DNA of 63,656 bases, filler included, from Lenisia limosa (taxonomy: Eukaryota > Protista > Breviatea), in NCBI GenBank assembly GCA_001655205.1. It is 5 parts of 5 records of this genome, joined end to end, with 100 filler letters (N's around TTAATTAATTAA, not from the genome) between each part and the next. Parts side by side here need not be neighbours in the genome. Positions count along the whole stretch, not along the records: positions 1 to 15,167 come from LPNZ01007208.1; positions 15,268 to 31,261 come from LPNZ01001857.1; 3 more parts are not named here. One strand, 5' to 3'. The position numbers and the translations under genes are program-made. Below, in pieces: positions 13,374-24,695 of this stretch (positions are counted from its first letter, which is position 1; each line of letters begins with the position of its first letter). The notes under the pieces were generated by a model that did no database searches, had not been told where the DNA came from, and saw only the letters and a program-made list of their open reading frames with translations.

Positions 13374-15167
13374 CTACTTTGCTCGAGGAATTCCCTTCTT
13401 TTCACCAGGGTCATTATTCTCTTCTTGTTCTTGCAACTGGCTTGGGGCAATGGAGTCCAAACCAATGACTGTGGTTGGGAGTGGTCTTGCCATCTGTCCG
13501 TGTGAGGAGCTGCTTACAACTTATCACAGTGTGTTGACGTGATGTTGCTTGCTGCTGGTATATATTACCAAATTCTCCCCCCTCTGTACCTTATAGAGCA
13601 GTTGAAAGGAGGAGTGGTAAGAGCACCTCGGAGAAACTCTCTGCTTAGATATCAGAATACTTTAAAACCTGACAATAAAACAACATAACAGTCTGAAAAA
13701 GAGAAGGGCCTACTTAGGGCCAGATGTTCGACCTCCTGTGGAGGGGAAGACACCGCTCTACGATCTCGTTCACTATTTTAGGGTTAACCCTCTCTTCTCT
13801 TCTAAATGATGTATACTACTTGCGGCAGAAGCCCTCGCCGAAGCATTCCCCCCCCCCNNNNNNNNNNNNNNNNNNNNNNNNNNNNNNNNNNNNNNNNNNN
13901 NNNNNNNNNNNNNNNNNNNNNNNNNNNNNNNNNNNNNNNNNNNNNGAGGTGAGGTGCTCAGGACTGGCTCATAAGCAAGAGTATTACTGTTAACCACAGT
14001 ATTCTGGCAGAAACCTTTCTCTCAAAAACTGATGGCAAATCAGTTGCAAATTACCAAATTACATTGCCACTTTCAGCAAGGCGGAATGAATGTCAGGCTA
14101 ATGGTTTGATTATGTAATGCTAAAACTGCAAAATGATAAAATGATTACTATTTACCCGGGCTCTTATCCCCTTATTGGAATGTGACAGGTAATATTTCAG
14201 ATTTACGACTCTACGTGATACGGATCACTTGCAAGTTCAAATGTTCAAATCATTCCAATGTGTATCCAGAATGAAAAAGAAACAATAGGGCGTCGACACG
14301 GCCAATTAGGTGGAGGACTGGTTGTTGTGAGATGGATACAAGAAAACTGAACGGTAGGGATAAGATTAAAACCTCCCACCAAGGATTCAACAGCAGCCTT
14401 CCGGATGTCTGCCCATTGCACTACTGCAATATTGCCTTCCACTTCCGAAGCAATCTGCTCAGTCAATACATAATAAAAATGGAAAACTAACGAGTTTCTC
14501 TTGAGCATCTGAGAGGGCTTGTTCTAGCTCATCATTCTCGTCTTTCTAATGATAAGTCAGCAAATCTGGTGTTCACAAACCTGTTCATTCCATTTTGCAT
14601 AGGTTGTGATTGAGCTCTCATTATCAGTGTTATAATCTGAAATTAGCTTGTCCAAATCATCAGTCCATTCCAAAAGTTCGCAAAGCTGTATGGTCAACAA
14701 CCTTGTGATGCCAAACCTTGAAAATAGCACTATCACAATCCAATGGGTTCCAAACATCACGCTGGTTCCTTGAAGGATACAAGTACCTCATGTAATCAAT
14801 TGAATCTGAGCCTGTTACACCAAAACAATCGACTAACTGTCATCTCTACTTGCCAATTTGACGTCTCTTCGTGTGCCAGCACCAGCAGGATCCCTGTTAA
14901 GCAGAACGCGCGGACATTGGCGCGTGGCCTGCAGAGGTTATAAATGAAGGGCATGAAATTTGACAAACTCTGAAGGGAAGGCTGTTAAAGGGCGAAACTT
15001 TCAAAGAAGTTCCAATAACAAACACTAGGTCAGCTTCTGGAAGATCCTGGAGATAAGACAAGGAAGGGCAGTCTTGAAGTGAAAGATGGGAAAGGGTCAA
15101 AAACTTACACTCCAGTAAAATGATCAAGAATTCAGCAGCAATAATTGTATTTTACTACATTATGATC
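13374..15167 (-). CDS. SIR2: Class I NAD-dependent deacylase (SIRT2/Hst2-like), 5'-truncated at scaffold end, with long C-terminal extension
   Basis: Spliced exons: DLPEADLVFVIGTSLKVSPFNSLPF | CPRVLLNRDPAG | RDVWNPLDCDSAIFK | LCELLEWTDDLDKLI. These match the GTSL, PRxLxN and RD...CD...L..LLGW motifs of class I sirtuins. Further exons run to a probable TAG at 13374. Confidence 0.85.
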
Positions 15168-15267
15168 NNNNNNNNNNNNNNNNNNNNNNNNNNNNNNNNN
15201 NNNNNNNNNNNTTAATTAATTAANNNNNNNNNNNNNNNNNNNNNNNNNNNNNNNNNNNNNNNNNNNN
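15168..15267. other. Artificial scaffold linker N44-TTAATTAATTAA-N44
   Basis: Exactly 100 bp with an all-frame-stop palindrome; identical at four places in the window. Confidence 0.97.
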
Positions 15268-15728
15268 TAAATCTTTCAGCTTCTTTTGGTTTCTGCTCTT
15301 GATCTTGTCAATCACTTAATCGGAGGAGACTCAGCGTAAGCCTCAAACAATTGTTGTTCAAGCCATACTGAGTTCTTATGAGTAACACTTCAGTGGAGCC
15401 TTTGTTGTTGGTGTTATGTCTTTTTGTGACAAAGTCTCCAACGGCATTGCGGTTATTGTCATTCAACGCATGGCTCCTGACACCATTTGCAAATGTAACA
15501 TGTCTGTCACGTTCTACAAGATTGTGATGGTCTACGTGCCTGGTGTGGCAGCTGTTGTCGGAATATGTGGCATTCTTGCGCTCTGGTTTGCTAAACCACG
15601 CCAGGTTGGTGGGGTAGTGAGAGGTGGTGACGGCTTTGCCAGAGATCAACATTCTTACCACGTAGATTGTGAGTTTGGAGGTGCCATCAGGTGAAAAGCC
15701 CACGGAAGACACCCCACTGTTGAATTAG
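15268..15728 (+). CDS. MFSD12: MFSD12-like major facilitator transporter, 3' part only
   Basis: LVNHLIGGDSA|SGAFVVGVMSFCDKVSNGIAVIVIQ matches the MFSD12 signature [25 protein letters not shown]. Last TM is FYKIVMVYVPGVAAVVGICGIL. Final exon ends EDTPLLN*, an acidic dileucine-type signal. Confidence 0.85.
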
Positions 15729-16313
15729 GTATGTGACCTCGATTCTGCTGGATATAATAATGCCCGTACTGCATTGCTTCTTACTGCCAAGGTAATTGTG
15801 ATTCGAAGGCGTATCTGTTTGTCACAAATACTCTTTCCTCGTTTCTTGTAGTTTTATTGGTGTAATATCATTTTTGTTTGCCAATAGTAAGCGGAGGGTG
15901 AGTTGATCCTATTACACTACCCAAGACACAAGACAGACACTTTGTTTTAGCATATGATTGAAAACCACAAGCTGCTCAATCTTGGCTCAATCGCTCAGTT
16001 AACTGAAAATTAGTATTCCACCAGTCAAATAGTGTTGGATGGTGGTGGTGGAAACTCTTGTTGCCAGTACTAATTTTCATGAGTGGAGGCCCCTTGAACA
16101 AAAGTGAAAAGGACCCTATTTGGAAAGGCATAGGAATGGCACGGAGAGTGGAACAATTGATCCCCCAGAGGCTCCTCGGGCCGGCCAGCGACCATCGGGA
16201 GCGATGAGAACACAGGCAACAGGTCATTTTCCTTGTTTCACCCCCCAGGCTCCACGAATATAAATATTATTTCTGGATTTTTTTGTGTCGCTGTTAAATA
16301 ACTAACTGATACT

Positions 16314-17439
16314 ATGTTGCAATACTTCAAACCCCAAGTCATTGGAAAGTCCTTTGCGACTTTTGTTGCTGCAAACTTCCTGTCAAACCAGATCCTTCAC
16401 CCAAAGCACAAGCTTGATTATGGAATCCTTAACCAGGTTTGTAATGTGAAGCAAAACCTATAATAACACAATATTGGTTCCCCTAATTCTCCTAGTACAT
16501 CGACCGCCCTGTCAAGAACCAATGGTAGTTAAACAAAAGTTTATCTTATTTTCAAGGTATGGAACTCGCCTTGAGCACTACACCGTGATTGGTGGAGCTC
16601 TTGCCGTTACTGAAGCTATTTCAAAGACTGTTCTTAACGCCTTCTTGGTAAGCTGGTGGGAAGTATTCTATCTCTTGACAGACATACCGTTTTTTTAACT
16701 TCTTGATCAGACCGAAGGAGATTATCCTTATTTTTGAGTGTTTTTGTTCACCTTCGCAGACTATTTCAATCTCCTTTTACAAATAATCCATACAGACCAA
16801 GTGCGGCAAGCCTGGAACCCTTTCCTGGACCAAAACTCCTTCTCTCTACTCAGCTCACCTTGCTGGCTTCGTCTGTGCTTCCCTCACTTTCTTCCATTGG
16901 TAAGAAGAATGGGATAATTGGATGAATTAAAGATAGGACGGACAGGGTGTATTTGGCTTTGTTTGCGGAAGTGAGAAGATATCTGTTGACTTGTCAGGTA
17001 CACCGCCTACGTCAACCCCGATTACATTGGCAAGGAAGAAAAGACCTTCAAGCCCACTATTGTCCCCACCATCCGCGCTTCCCTTTTCATGCCCTTCGAC
17101 CCTGTCATTGCTACAGCCACCGCTGGACTCTTTGGTTTGCGGATGGTATTTGCGCCTATTTTGCGCGGGTTATGTCGGTCTTTCCTGTTAACGTTCAGGC
17201 CAAACCGCTGGTGTTGGTATTGGTGGACTGCTTTTCGGCTCTCTTGCTGGAGCTACCGGAATTTTCTCCAGTTTGCTGGGGGTTCTTTCATGCTTTTCCG
17301 ATAACTAAGGGGTGTAAAGTGTGCTAACTCGTTAGTTGTCAAGCACCTTGGCTTTGGTGAGGGTTGCAACAACGGCCTCATGGGTAACGAGCCTGAAATG
17401 AACAAGGAGCTCATTTACGGCAAAATCGAGTCTGAGTAA
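16314..17439 (+). CDS. ~210-aa multi-TM protein, possibly Tim17/Tim22/Tim23/NDUFA11 family
   Basis: Manual splicing gives MLQYFKPQVIGKSFATFVAANFLSNQ...YTVIGGALAVTEAISK...SAHLAGFVCASLTFF...GVGIGGLLFGSLAGATGIF...GKIESE*. Four hydrophobic segments with GxxxG-like motifs; family assignment is by motif resemblance only. Confidence 0.45.
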
Positions 17440-20419
17440 ACCTCTCCATTTGTATATTAGTTGAATGTAATTTTAATACTGTAAGCTCTACTTGACATAT
17501 TAGTAGTATATGATATGTATTATCTATAATATATGATACATATGATTTACTACTATATATCGATATGTCATATTATATATTACTACTATATCATATGATA
17601 TTTTGAAAATACAAAGTAGTACTTTCTCTACTGATATTTTTCATTTTAGGAAAGAATAGGACTGAAAGAAACTAGGCCGGAAAGAGGCAGGAACACCCTG
17701 CCCCATCCGACTGCATGTCGCAAAAGAACATCATAGCCAAATATTAACAACGCTAAAGATGTTTCAAACAGAGATTAGAACTTGGGGGCGCACATAAGTA
17801 GACCTGTCGAGCACCATGACGAACAAAATATCAAAATAGACCAGGTACATAGTATTTGAATAAAAAAACTCCATCATTCTGAGTTCTTTCGTTTCACCCA
17901 ATCCTTATTCTTCAAATAATTAATACACAAATAAATGCTTGTAAAGAAGATTCAGATGAGTATATCGATATGTCAGAAACACACAGAATTAGTCTTGCTA
18001 CTTAGGGTGCAGCATTAATACAAGGGCTCATTGCTCTGAATAAACAACACATCTTGGGACACGAAAATAATATGTCAATCACATGGGTTGCGTTAATCAT
18101 TATATTGAATATTGGTGGGACCCTAGAATCAAGATATTGCCATACGGGAATAGGAAATTTAAAGTTTTCTCGTTTGAAGGTAAAGGTATTTTAAAGTTGT
18201 TTCCAGAAGGAAAAGGAATCGATTAAAAAAGACTGGAATTCTAATGATAGTGTATCTGAAAAGAAATCTTGTTTGCCACGTATTCCTCCCTTGACCTCCC
18301 TTCAAATGAAAAACTGAAGCCCCTTGTAAACAACACAAAACTAAAGATGATTCAAATGAGAAAAGGAGATAGAGTTAGAAGTGCAGCAGACGTTCTTCTA
18401 ATACTTCTTCTAAGTACCCCCCTCCAACTTTAGTCAGTACCCCCCTCCAACTTTTGTTCCATATGGAAAACTACCCTGCGGAATTATCCCGAAGGTTCCG
18501 CAATATTTTCAATTTTTGCAAATTCAAAAAAAAGGAGTGAGCCGGTGATGGACAAAGAGCAATAAAATAACATGAATTTTTTTTTTAGATTCTTGTGTAC
18601 ATTAAGCACAGATAGAGATTCTTGCACTTGATAGTAATAATAAATTGCCTGATATCACCCCTCCCTCCCCACATAGTAGCGAGAGCAACACAGTATCCCG
18701 GAGTGGACGTGATGGTACAGCGAGTAGGCCGCATGGAATCTGGAGGNNNNNNNNNNNNNNNNNNNNNNNNNNNNNNNNNNNNNNNNNNNNNNNNNNNNNN
18801 NNNNNNNNNNNNNNACAAAAAAAAAAAACACAAGGAATAGCAAACACGAACTGGAAAACAAGACTCAGAGGTACATGGAGGTAACAACCACAAACCTTGA
18901 TTCGTCTTGCCCCGGAGTAAGATGAATGTTGTGCGTAGGGTCCGCGGATTTGGAGAGAACTCAGAAAGCGGTTCAAAGAGGGCGGGGGAAAAAAGGTCAT
19001 GCTGTCTCTGGAAAGGTCACAACATCAAAAAGAAGTAAATTCGGAAGGTTGAAATTGGAAGAGAAGAAAAAATATGAGGAAATCAACGAAAAGCCCCAGT
19101 GAAGAAAATGTCATCAAATAAAAAGTCTGAAATAGCTCGAACAAAGGACAACTCAGGGTGCGAGAGAAGAAGACAGGACCAAGCCAGAACGGCAATACGT
19201 GTCAACCCACCTAAGTCGAAGCCGTCTCTTCAGGGGACAGAAGAGCCCAAAAGAAGCTCAATACGCGGCAATAAGAAAGGTAACGAGGCAAATAAGATGC
19301 TCGGAACTGAAGATGAACGCATTGGCTCCAGAGGCGGTAAATTCGTGAAGACAAGCCCCCATGACGCTCTTCTGGAAGGTGAAAAAGGAAGATTACACAA
19401 GGCAAAGAAATCTTGCCGACAAAAGATTATTGCTGGTGAAGATGACGCCTCAAACACCTCAAAACACAACAAATAAGAGCAAAAAGCAAGGCAGAAAACA
19501 GAAAAACAGCGTTTTAAAAAAAGGGAATGAAGAGAAGGGCATCGTCAGTTGGAAGTAGCCAACAAAGGCTTGAGAAACAAAAATTGCTTGGCAGAATGAG
19601 AGAATAAAGTGGGTTCAACAAAATAAATAAAAGTTGAAATATTCAAGCGAGTCAAAAAGAGAAACAAAGGAGAATACAATACAAACCTCAAATACCTTGA
19701 AGGGATAAGAGGTCAATTCCTTCGGAAGATTTGCTAAAATAGGTACACGAGAAGATATCCGAATATAACAAGTCCAAAAATTGTTGGTATTGATATATAA
19801 TTATACGAATAAGATAATAACGATGATTACAGGTCCAAAGACATGCTTCCCAAACACTACTCACTACCTTTTTTCCTTTTCTAGACTTTACCGCAAAATA
19901 CACGCAGAACTGCTGTTTAAAAACAGAAGCATTGGAACCATTAGGTATTCCGGTAGCGAACGCCCGAAGCAATTCTGAAGGATCTCCAGTCGGCTCACTA
20001 GACGATTTCATCGCTTTCTGATGCGGAGAGGGGGGGGAAGAAGGTGAAATATTCTAAAATTAGCTTCAACTTTCTTGTTTCCTTAAAGTGTATGAATAGC
20101 GGGCACATAGCGGATGCTCTTGAGGGTGTTCTCTGACATACAAGCTGAGCTCCGTCAAAAATATAAAAAATATACCAAAATGATAAATGGACTGCGGCTG
20201 CGCGGGGCTGTTTTTGAGGAATGGTCCCAGGTGGCAGGTGGGGAAAATCTGGTTATCTGGAAGCTTTTGGTATCGTAAAAGAAGCTTGAATTTCACATTG
20301 TTTCCTTTCTTGTCATTTTGGTGAAAGAATTGTTGAGGGCCTAACACACCATCTTTGGGTGGAGACTTGCCCCTGGGGTTTGCATAACAGTGACAGCTTG
20401 AAAACACAGCAGCGCAAGA

Positions 20420-22599
20420 ATGGAAACTCTTCGTGTTACATCTTGGGGACAATTGTCCTCACTGCTACTGAACCAGGAAAAGGTTTGCTGTGTATCCATT
20501 TGAATGATGAGTGATGAACGCTTTGAGTTTGCATATGGGATTGATGTAATTGTGGACCATCCTTCCTTCATCAGATATTATCAACCCATTGGATCATCCT
20601 TCCTTCAGCAAAAGCTTGATATTATCAACCCCATTGTTCGTACCAGCTCTATCCGGTCCTTCATTCACGATTTCAGGATAACACTGTTGTGTTCAGAGGA
20701 CATGCAAACTCGGTAGGGGATGGTTAGCTCCATCTCTTAATCAATATAGGATTGGGATATTAAAAGCTCTCTTTCGCGCACTGCTTCTGGCACTGGGAGC
20801 AAGGCTGAAAAGTGAGTTTCTTCTCATCTTTTTTTTAAAATTCACCCATTTAGACATATCAAGGAATCTGAATTGCCTATTTTGAGATCCTTCATTCGCT
20901 ATGCCCACACTGCCAATCCGGAAGGCGGGCTATTTGGATGGCTGGCGCTAATGCAACACCACGCTTGTCCTACTCGACTGGTGGATTTCACGAGGTCACC
21001 CTTTGTTGCCCTTCACTTCTTGACAGTCGATGATTCAGTCGGTGGTGTACAATCTGACACGTTTCGAATACGTCGGTTCTGATTGTTTAGATGAGTGATG
21101 TTGATGGGTGTGTTTGGATGATTGATTCGTCTCAAGTGGCTTCTTCGGCCCCTTACTCGGTTTGAATGTAATTGACTGGCTTCATTAATCTTATATCTTA
21201 GATTCGCACCTCACTGGATAAGAAGCAAGGAGACCTCTTCTCAATTAAACAAATTGAGGATGCTGTTAAAACGTGGGTATTATTGATTCTCCGTCATTTC
21301 ACAGTGCAACGAATAACACTGACGGACCGGTTCTTCTTTCCGACATCACCACTCTCCAAGATCGTGTTTGATGGGATTTTTGTGCTTTTTGGGTGAATTA
21401 TGTTGGTGAAAAAGTTTTTAAATGGCCAAACTTCTCAGGAAAGTAATATAGGCCCTTCCAAAGTGAATCCTTGTTCAATACAATTTGTTCAATCCTGTCA
21501 TACCCGAAGCATGGCGAATTTCTCCTATTCTTCGAACCTCCTTCGCTTGATAGCCGTATAATGAACCAAGTCGGAGTATTTGCTCTCCCATCTGAGTAAG
21601 CCCGTGGGATTTCATAGGTATTACATAATACGGTGTACCCTTCTCACTGTTGACCCTATTAGCCCTTCCAAACCCCTCAACGACTCGTTGAGCTTTATGA
21701 CTGGTGTTACCAAAATTATTGTTCCAGCCGCACTGAAAAAAGAGGTGAGGTTTTAGAATAACAAAAACTTTTCCTTTTTTCAAGCTCTAACTCGCCCTTG
21801 GCGCACATTATCAATATCATATTATATACATATAATGCTGTAATATTCAGTATGCTGGTGAGACACTCAGAAAGCTGTGTACATAGAGTTGTAAGGCAAA
21901 TGACTGGGTGAATTAATAATATATATACACATACTATATCTCTTATATGCGTGCGTGATGATGTGAACAGCTTCGGCCAGATACAACCTTGTTTTATTTC
22001 TCATCTCTGTCAGTCTGCACGAAAATTATACTGATATCTGCTGCATGGTCGCGTGTCGAATATTATATTGATCTCTGCTGCATGGTCGCGTGTCGAATAT
22101 TATAATGTATTATTCTGTCTCACACTTGAAGATCAGACAGAAGTTGGATCAAATCAATATCAATGAGAGGTAGGCAGTATCAGAACACTTTGCTCCTATA
22201 AATTGATCCACACCATCCCAGATCCCATCTCACCATCCCAGATCTATGTTCCCGGGACTTGATGGACTGGCGAGCTTCCTCACCCGGCAGAACACCCAAA
22301 AAATGGAAGTAAGGGAATCGCGCGTTGGAGTGTATTCACTGTTTAGCCCGCTGCTGCCACCCCCACTGTTTCGCCTGTCCTGAAACCCCAGTCAACACCA
22401 GACTATCAGGCTTCCTCAAGTGTATGCTTTAGTGCTCCTTAGTTATTCCCCGCCTCTCACGTTTACACTCAAGGACTGGGTGTCGGCTGAAACTGCAGCC
22501 ACGCTCATGGCTGAAAGGGAAATCGCGGTTACTGAGAGAGATGCAGCCCTCAAAGAGCTTCTGGAGCTCAAGGCCAAGATCAGTAAGATTATTGTTTGA
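20420..22599 (+). CDS. FRG-domain protein (prokaryote-type) with spliceosomal introns and a Pro/Ser linker plus coiled-coil tail
   Basis: METLRVTSWGQLSSLLLNQEK | DNTVVFRGHANS | DWDIKSSLSR... | WLALMQHHACPTRLVDFTRSPFVALHF | DGCVWMID | FFEPPSLDSRIMNQVGVF | KIIVPAALKKE | IRQKLDQININER | SMFPGLDGLASFL. All hallmark FRG-family blocks appear in order. Confidence 0.88.
21905..22008 (+). repeat. ~100-bp non-TIR dispersed repeat with GGC-TTCG-GCC hairpin, copy 1 (FRG intron)
   Basis: TGGGTGAATTAATA...GCGTGATGATGTGAACAGCTTCGGCCAGATACAACCTTGTTTTATTTCTCAT; aligns with 42531-42629, 45601-45679 and 59564-59656. Confidence 0.8.
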
Positions 22600-22697
22600 A
22601 TTTTGTCCATTCTGTATCTATTTTTGTTTATATTATTTATTGTTTTCTTTCAATACCAAACGAGCATACATTTGACCATCAAACAACCGCAATGTGA

Positions 22698-24512
22698 TCA
22701 ACCGATCCACTTTCTTCCCATCACCTTGGGAATGACATACTCTTTGCTCAAACTTTCAAGAGGAAGGGATTCAATCTCTGCCTTGTACTGCAATAATAAG
22801 CAGTAAGCTGTATTTACTATCATACTATACTACATGCCATGATATATAGTAATACTATCCTATGTGATATTATCATAAATAAATTATAGTAGTAGTCGTA
22901 CTATGTAAAGTATCTTGAAGGAAAGTTATGAGCAAGTGGCGTACTGGCAGTTTCTGCATTTCTGTCAACTCATTGAGGAGATTGCTGCACCCCTAAAGCA
23001 GTTACAAAAAAGGACTTTGCATACCTTCACAACGGACAAGTCCAAAATTCCCTCAAGGCGTCTCGAGTCTACTGGCTTCATGGGTTGCAGGGATGATTCC
23101 GGAATCTTGTAGTCCTAGTATATGATGAAAACTTGGGACTGAGAGCAACAGTTTTGGAGGGGTTATAATCAATGGGAGATAGACGAAACGCGAGACCCAC
23201 CTGGATGTCAGAAGTTGTAATTCCAACAAGCTTGGCATCAACACCGTACCGAACTGAGTCAAGAGCCATCCGTGTTGAACCAATTTTGTACGTCATATAC
23301 ACACCCACGCCGAAAGGGTTGAAATCAACTAAAGTCACAACAATCAATCCGAAGAGCTTTGAGAGCTTGTGCACAAGTGCTCTAAATATGAAAACGATTG
23401 CACTCATTCCCACCTTGTTGCAATATCAGGCACTCCACATCCCGTGATGAGAATGCATGGCATAAAGTGGAAAATGCCTTCGTTACACAATCGTTGGAAA
23501 ATAGCTACACCGTGAGTTTTCAAATAACCTCAGGCTACCATCCTTCTCAACAATGATAATGTATTTGGCTTTTGTGCTAAACTCTGCGTTTTCTATTTCT
23601 TCAATGTCTCCTCCAATTGAACGACCACTAGAACCTAAAGATAACAAATGATGTTAATACTAACCTAGTGTTGTACAATCAATCCATGTTTTAGTTGCTG
23701 AATCCTAAGATGTTAGAAAAATAAACAATCAGAAGTCTCCACCATACCCTCCATGACAACATCCCTGCTACTCTCCCTCTTGATGAACTTGTAATTCCCA
23801 ACGACGATCGAGGTACCCGAATGGCTGAGGAAACATCCAAAATTGTATTGTTTAATTGATTTTGGTCTACAAAGCTCGTTTTCATCATGTAGAACACTGC
23901 ATTGTTAGTTTGTTTCTCTATTATACCACCAATGACAGTTTATCTGCCCCACCTTCACGTTGTGTTAATTTTTTCCTTTTAGTTAAAAGGCTATGAGCTG
24001 TAGAGACAAAGAGCCAAGCTAAATGTGATAACATTTAATATTTCACTTACTTCTCATATATGTGTCAGGATTTTTTGAAAATATTCTTTTCTGCAATTTG
24101 CTTTTCATATTAATTTTTTTCCTCTAAGAAGTGAATACACCATTTGGAAATCATACCTTAATTGCTGTATTCGATTTTGTTCGAGATATCATCTCCAATG
24201 GCTTGTAATTTTTACGATAACAAAGCTCAGTAAGAAAGTCTTGAGTATAAAAATAATAGCCCCAAACTATAATGACAACATGAAAAGAGAAAAGCTGATT
24301 ACAAGTTCAATTCCACAATTCAAATTCAAAGTATTAAGCATACCTGCCGATAGGACTTCCAATCTTGCAAGAACTTCTTCTCGAGACACCTTTTCAGAAG
24401 GAATTAATTCGTTATCTTCACTGGCGTCAAAGTAGTGAAGCTCAGAAACAAGTTCATTTTGCAAATTTTCAATATGAAGGGATGAAACACCCTCCTCCAA
24501 GAAATATGTCAT
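22698..24512 (-). CDS. SPO11: Meiotic Spo11 (TopoVI-A), Spo11-2 type
   Basis: Spliced: KKLTQREV|FYMMK (catalytic Tyr), RSSLGITSSSRGRVAG, KYIIIVEKD|AIFQRL, ITGCGVPDIATR|ALVHKL, LVDFNPFG (DxN of Spo11-2), GSTRMALDSVRYGV, YKAEIESL...KVMGRKWIG*. Confidence 0.93.
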
Positions 24513-24695
24513 TTGTAATTGTCAACTCTTCTATTATTGAATTATTGAAAAACAATTTGTAAAGACATTGGCATTGATTATGAATGAAAGCGCAGGTGAC
24601 TTTTCTGTCAAAAGGACTGATCACCAGATCCTGCTTATAAAAAAAAAACACTTTTTGTTTGGCAATCAAACTTGAGTTTTATTAGGAGATTCATC
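24513..24695. promoter_or_regulatory. Putative bidirectional promoter between SPO11-2 and UBC9
   Basis: Only 183 bp separate the two divergent ATGs. Inferred from geometry; no specific motif identified. Confidence 0.4.

Noticed and set aside
15212-15223. TTAATTAATTAA palindrome as a biological site
   Set aside because: Always centred in exactly 44+44 Ns; a standard all-frame-stop joining linker.
16100-16260. GC-rich segment upstream of the Tim17-like gene as a structured ncRNA or small ORF
   Set aside because: No recognisable RNA family motif and no supported coding model.
17640-20330. Probable gene(s) between the Tim17-like and FRG genes, including the Lys-rich ORF 19099-19476
   Set aside because: I could not establish the strand or a consistent exon chain. 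The long plus-strand ORF may reflect low T content. Left unannotated rather than guessed.
20066-20716. ORF-track calls 20066-20452 (-), 20341-20571 (-) and 20504-20716 (+)
   Set aside because: They overlap the FRG first exon and intron in antisense or wrong frames; the FRGH motif lies in another frame reached by splicing.
21955-22034. C/D-box snoRNA (GTGATGA...CTGA) in an FRG intron
   Set aside because: It is part of a dispersed repeat whose other copies lack intact boxes and occur in both orientations; no terminal stem seen.
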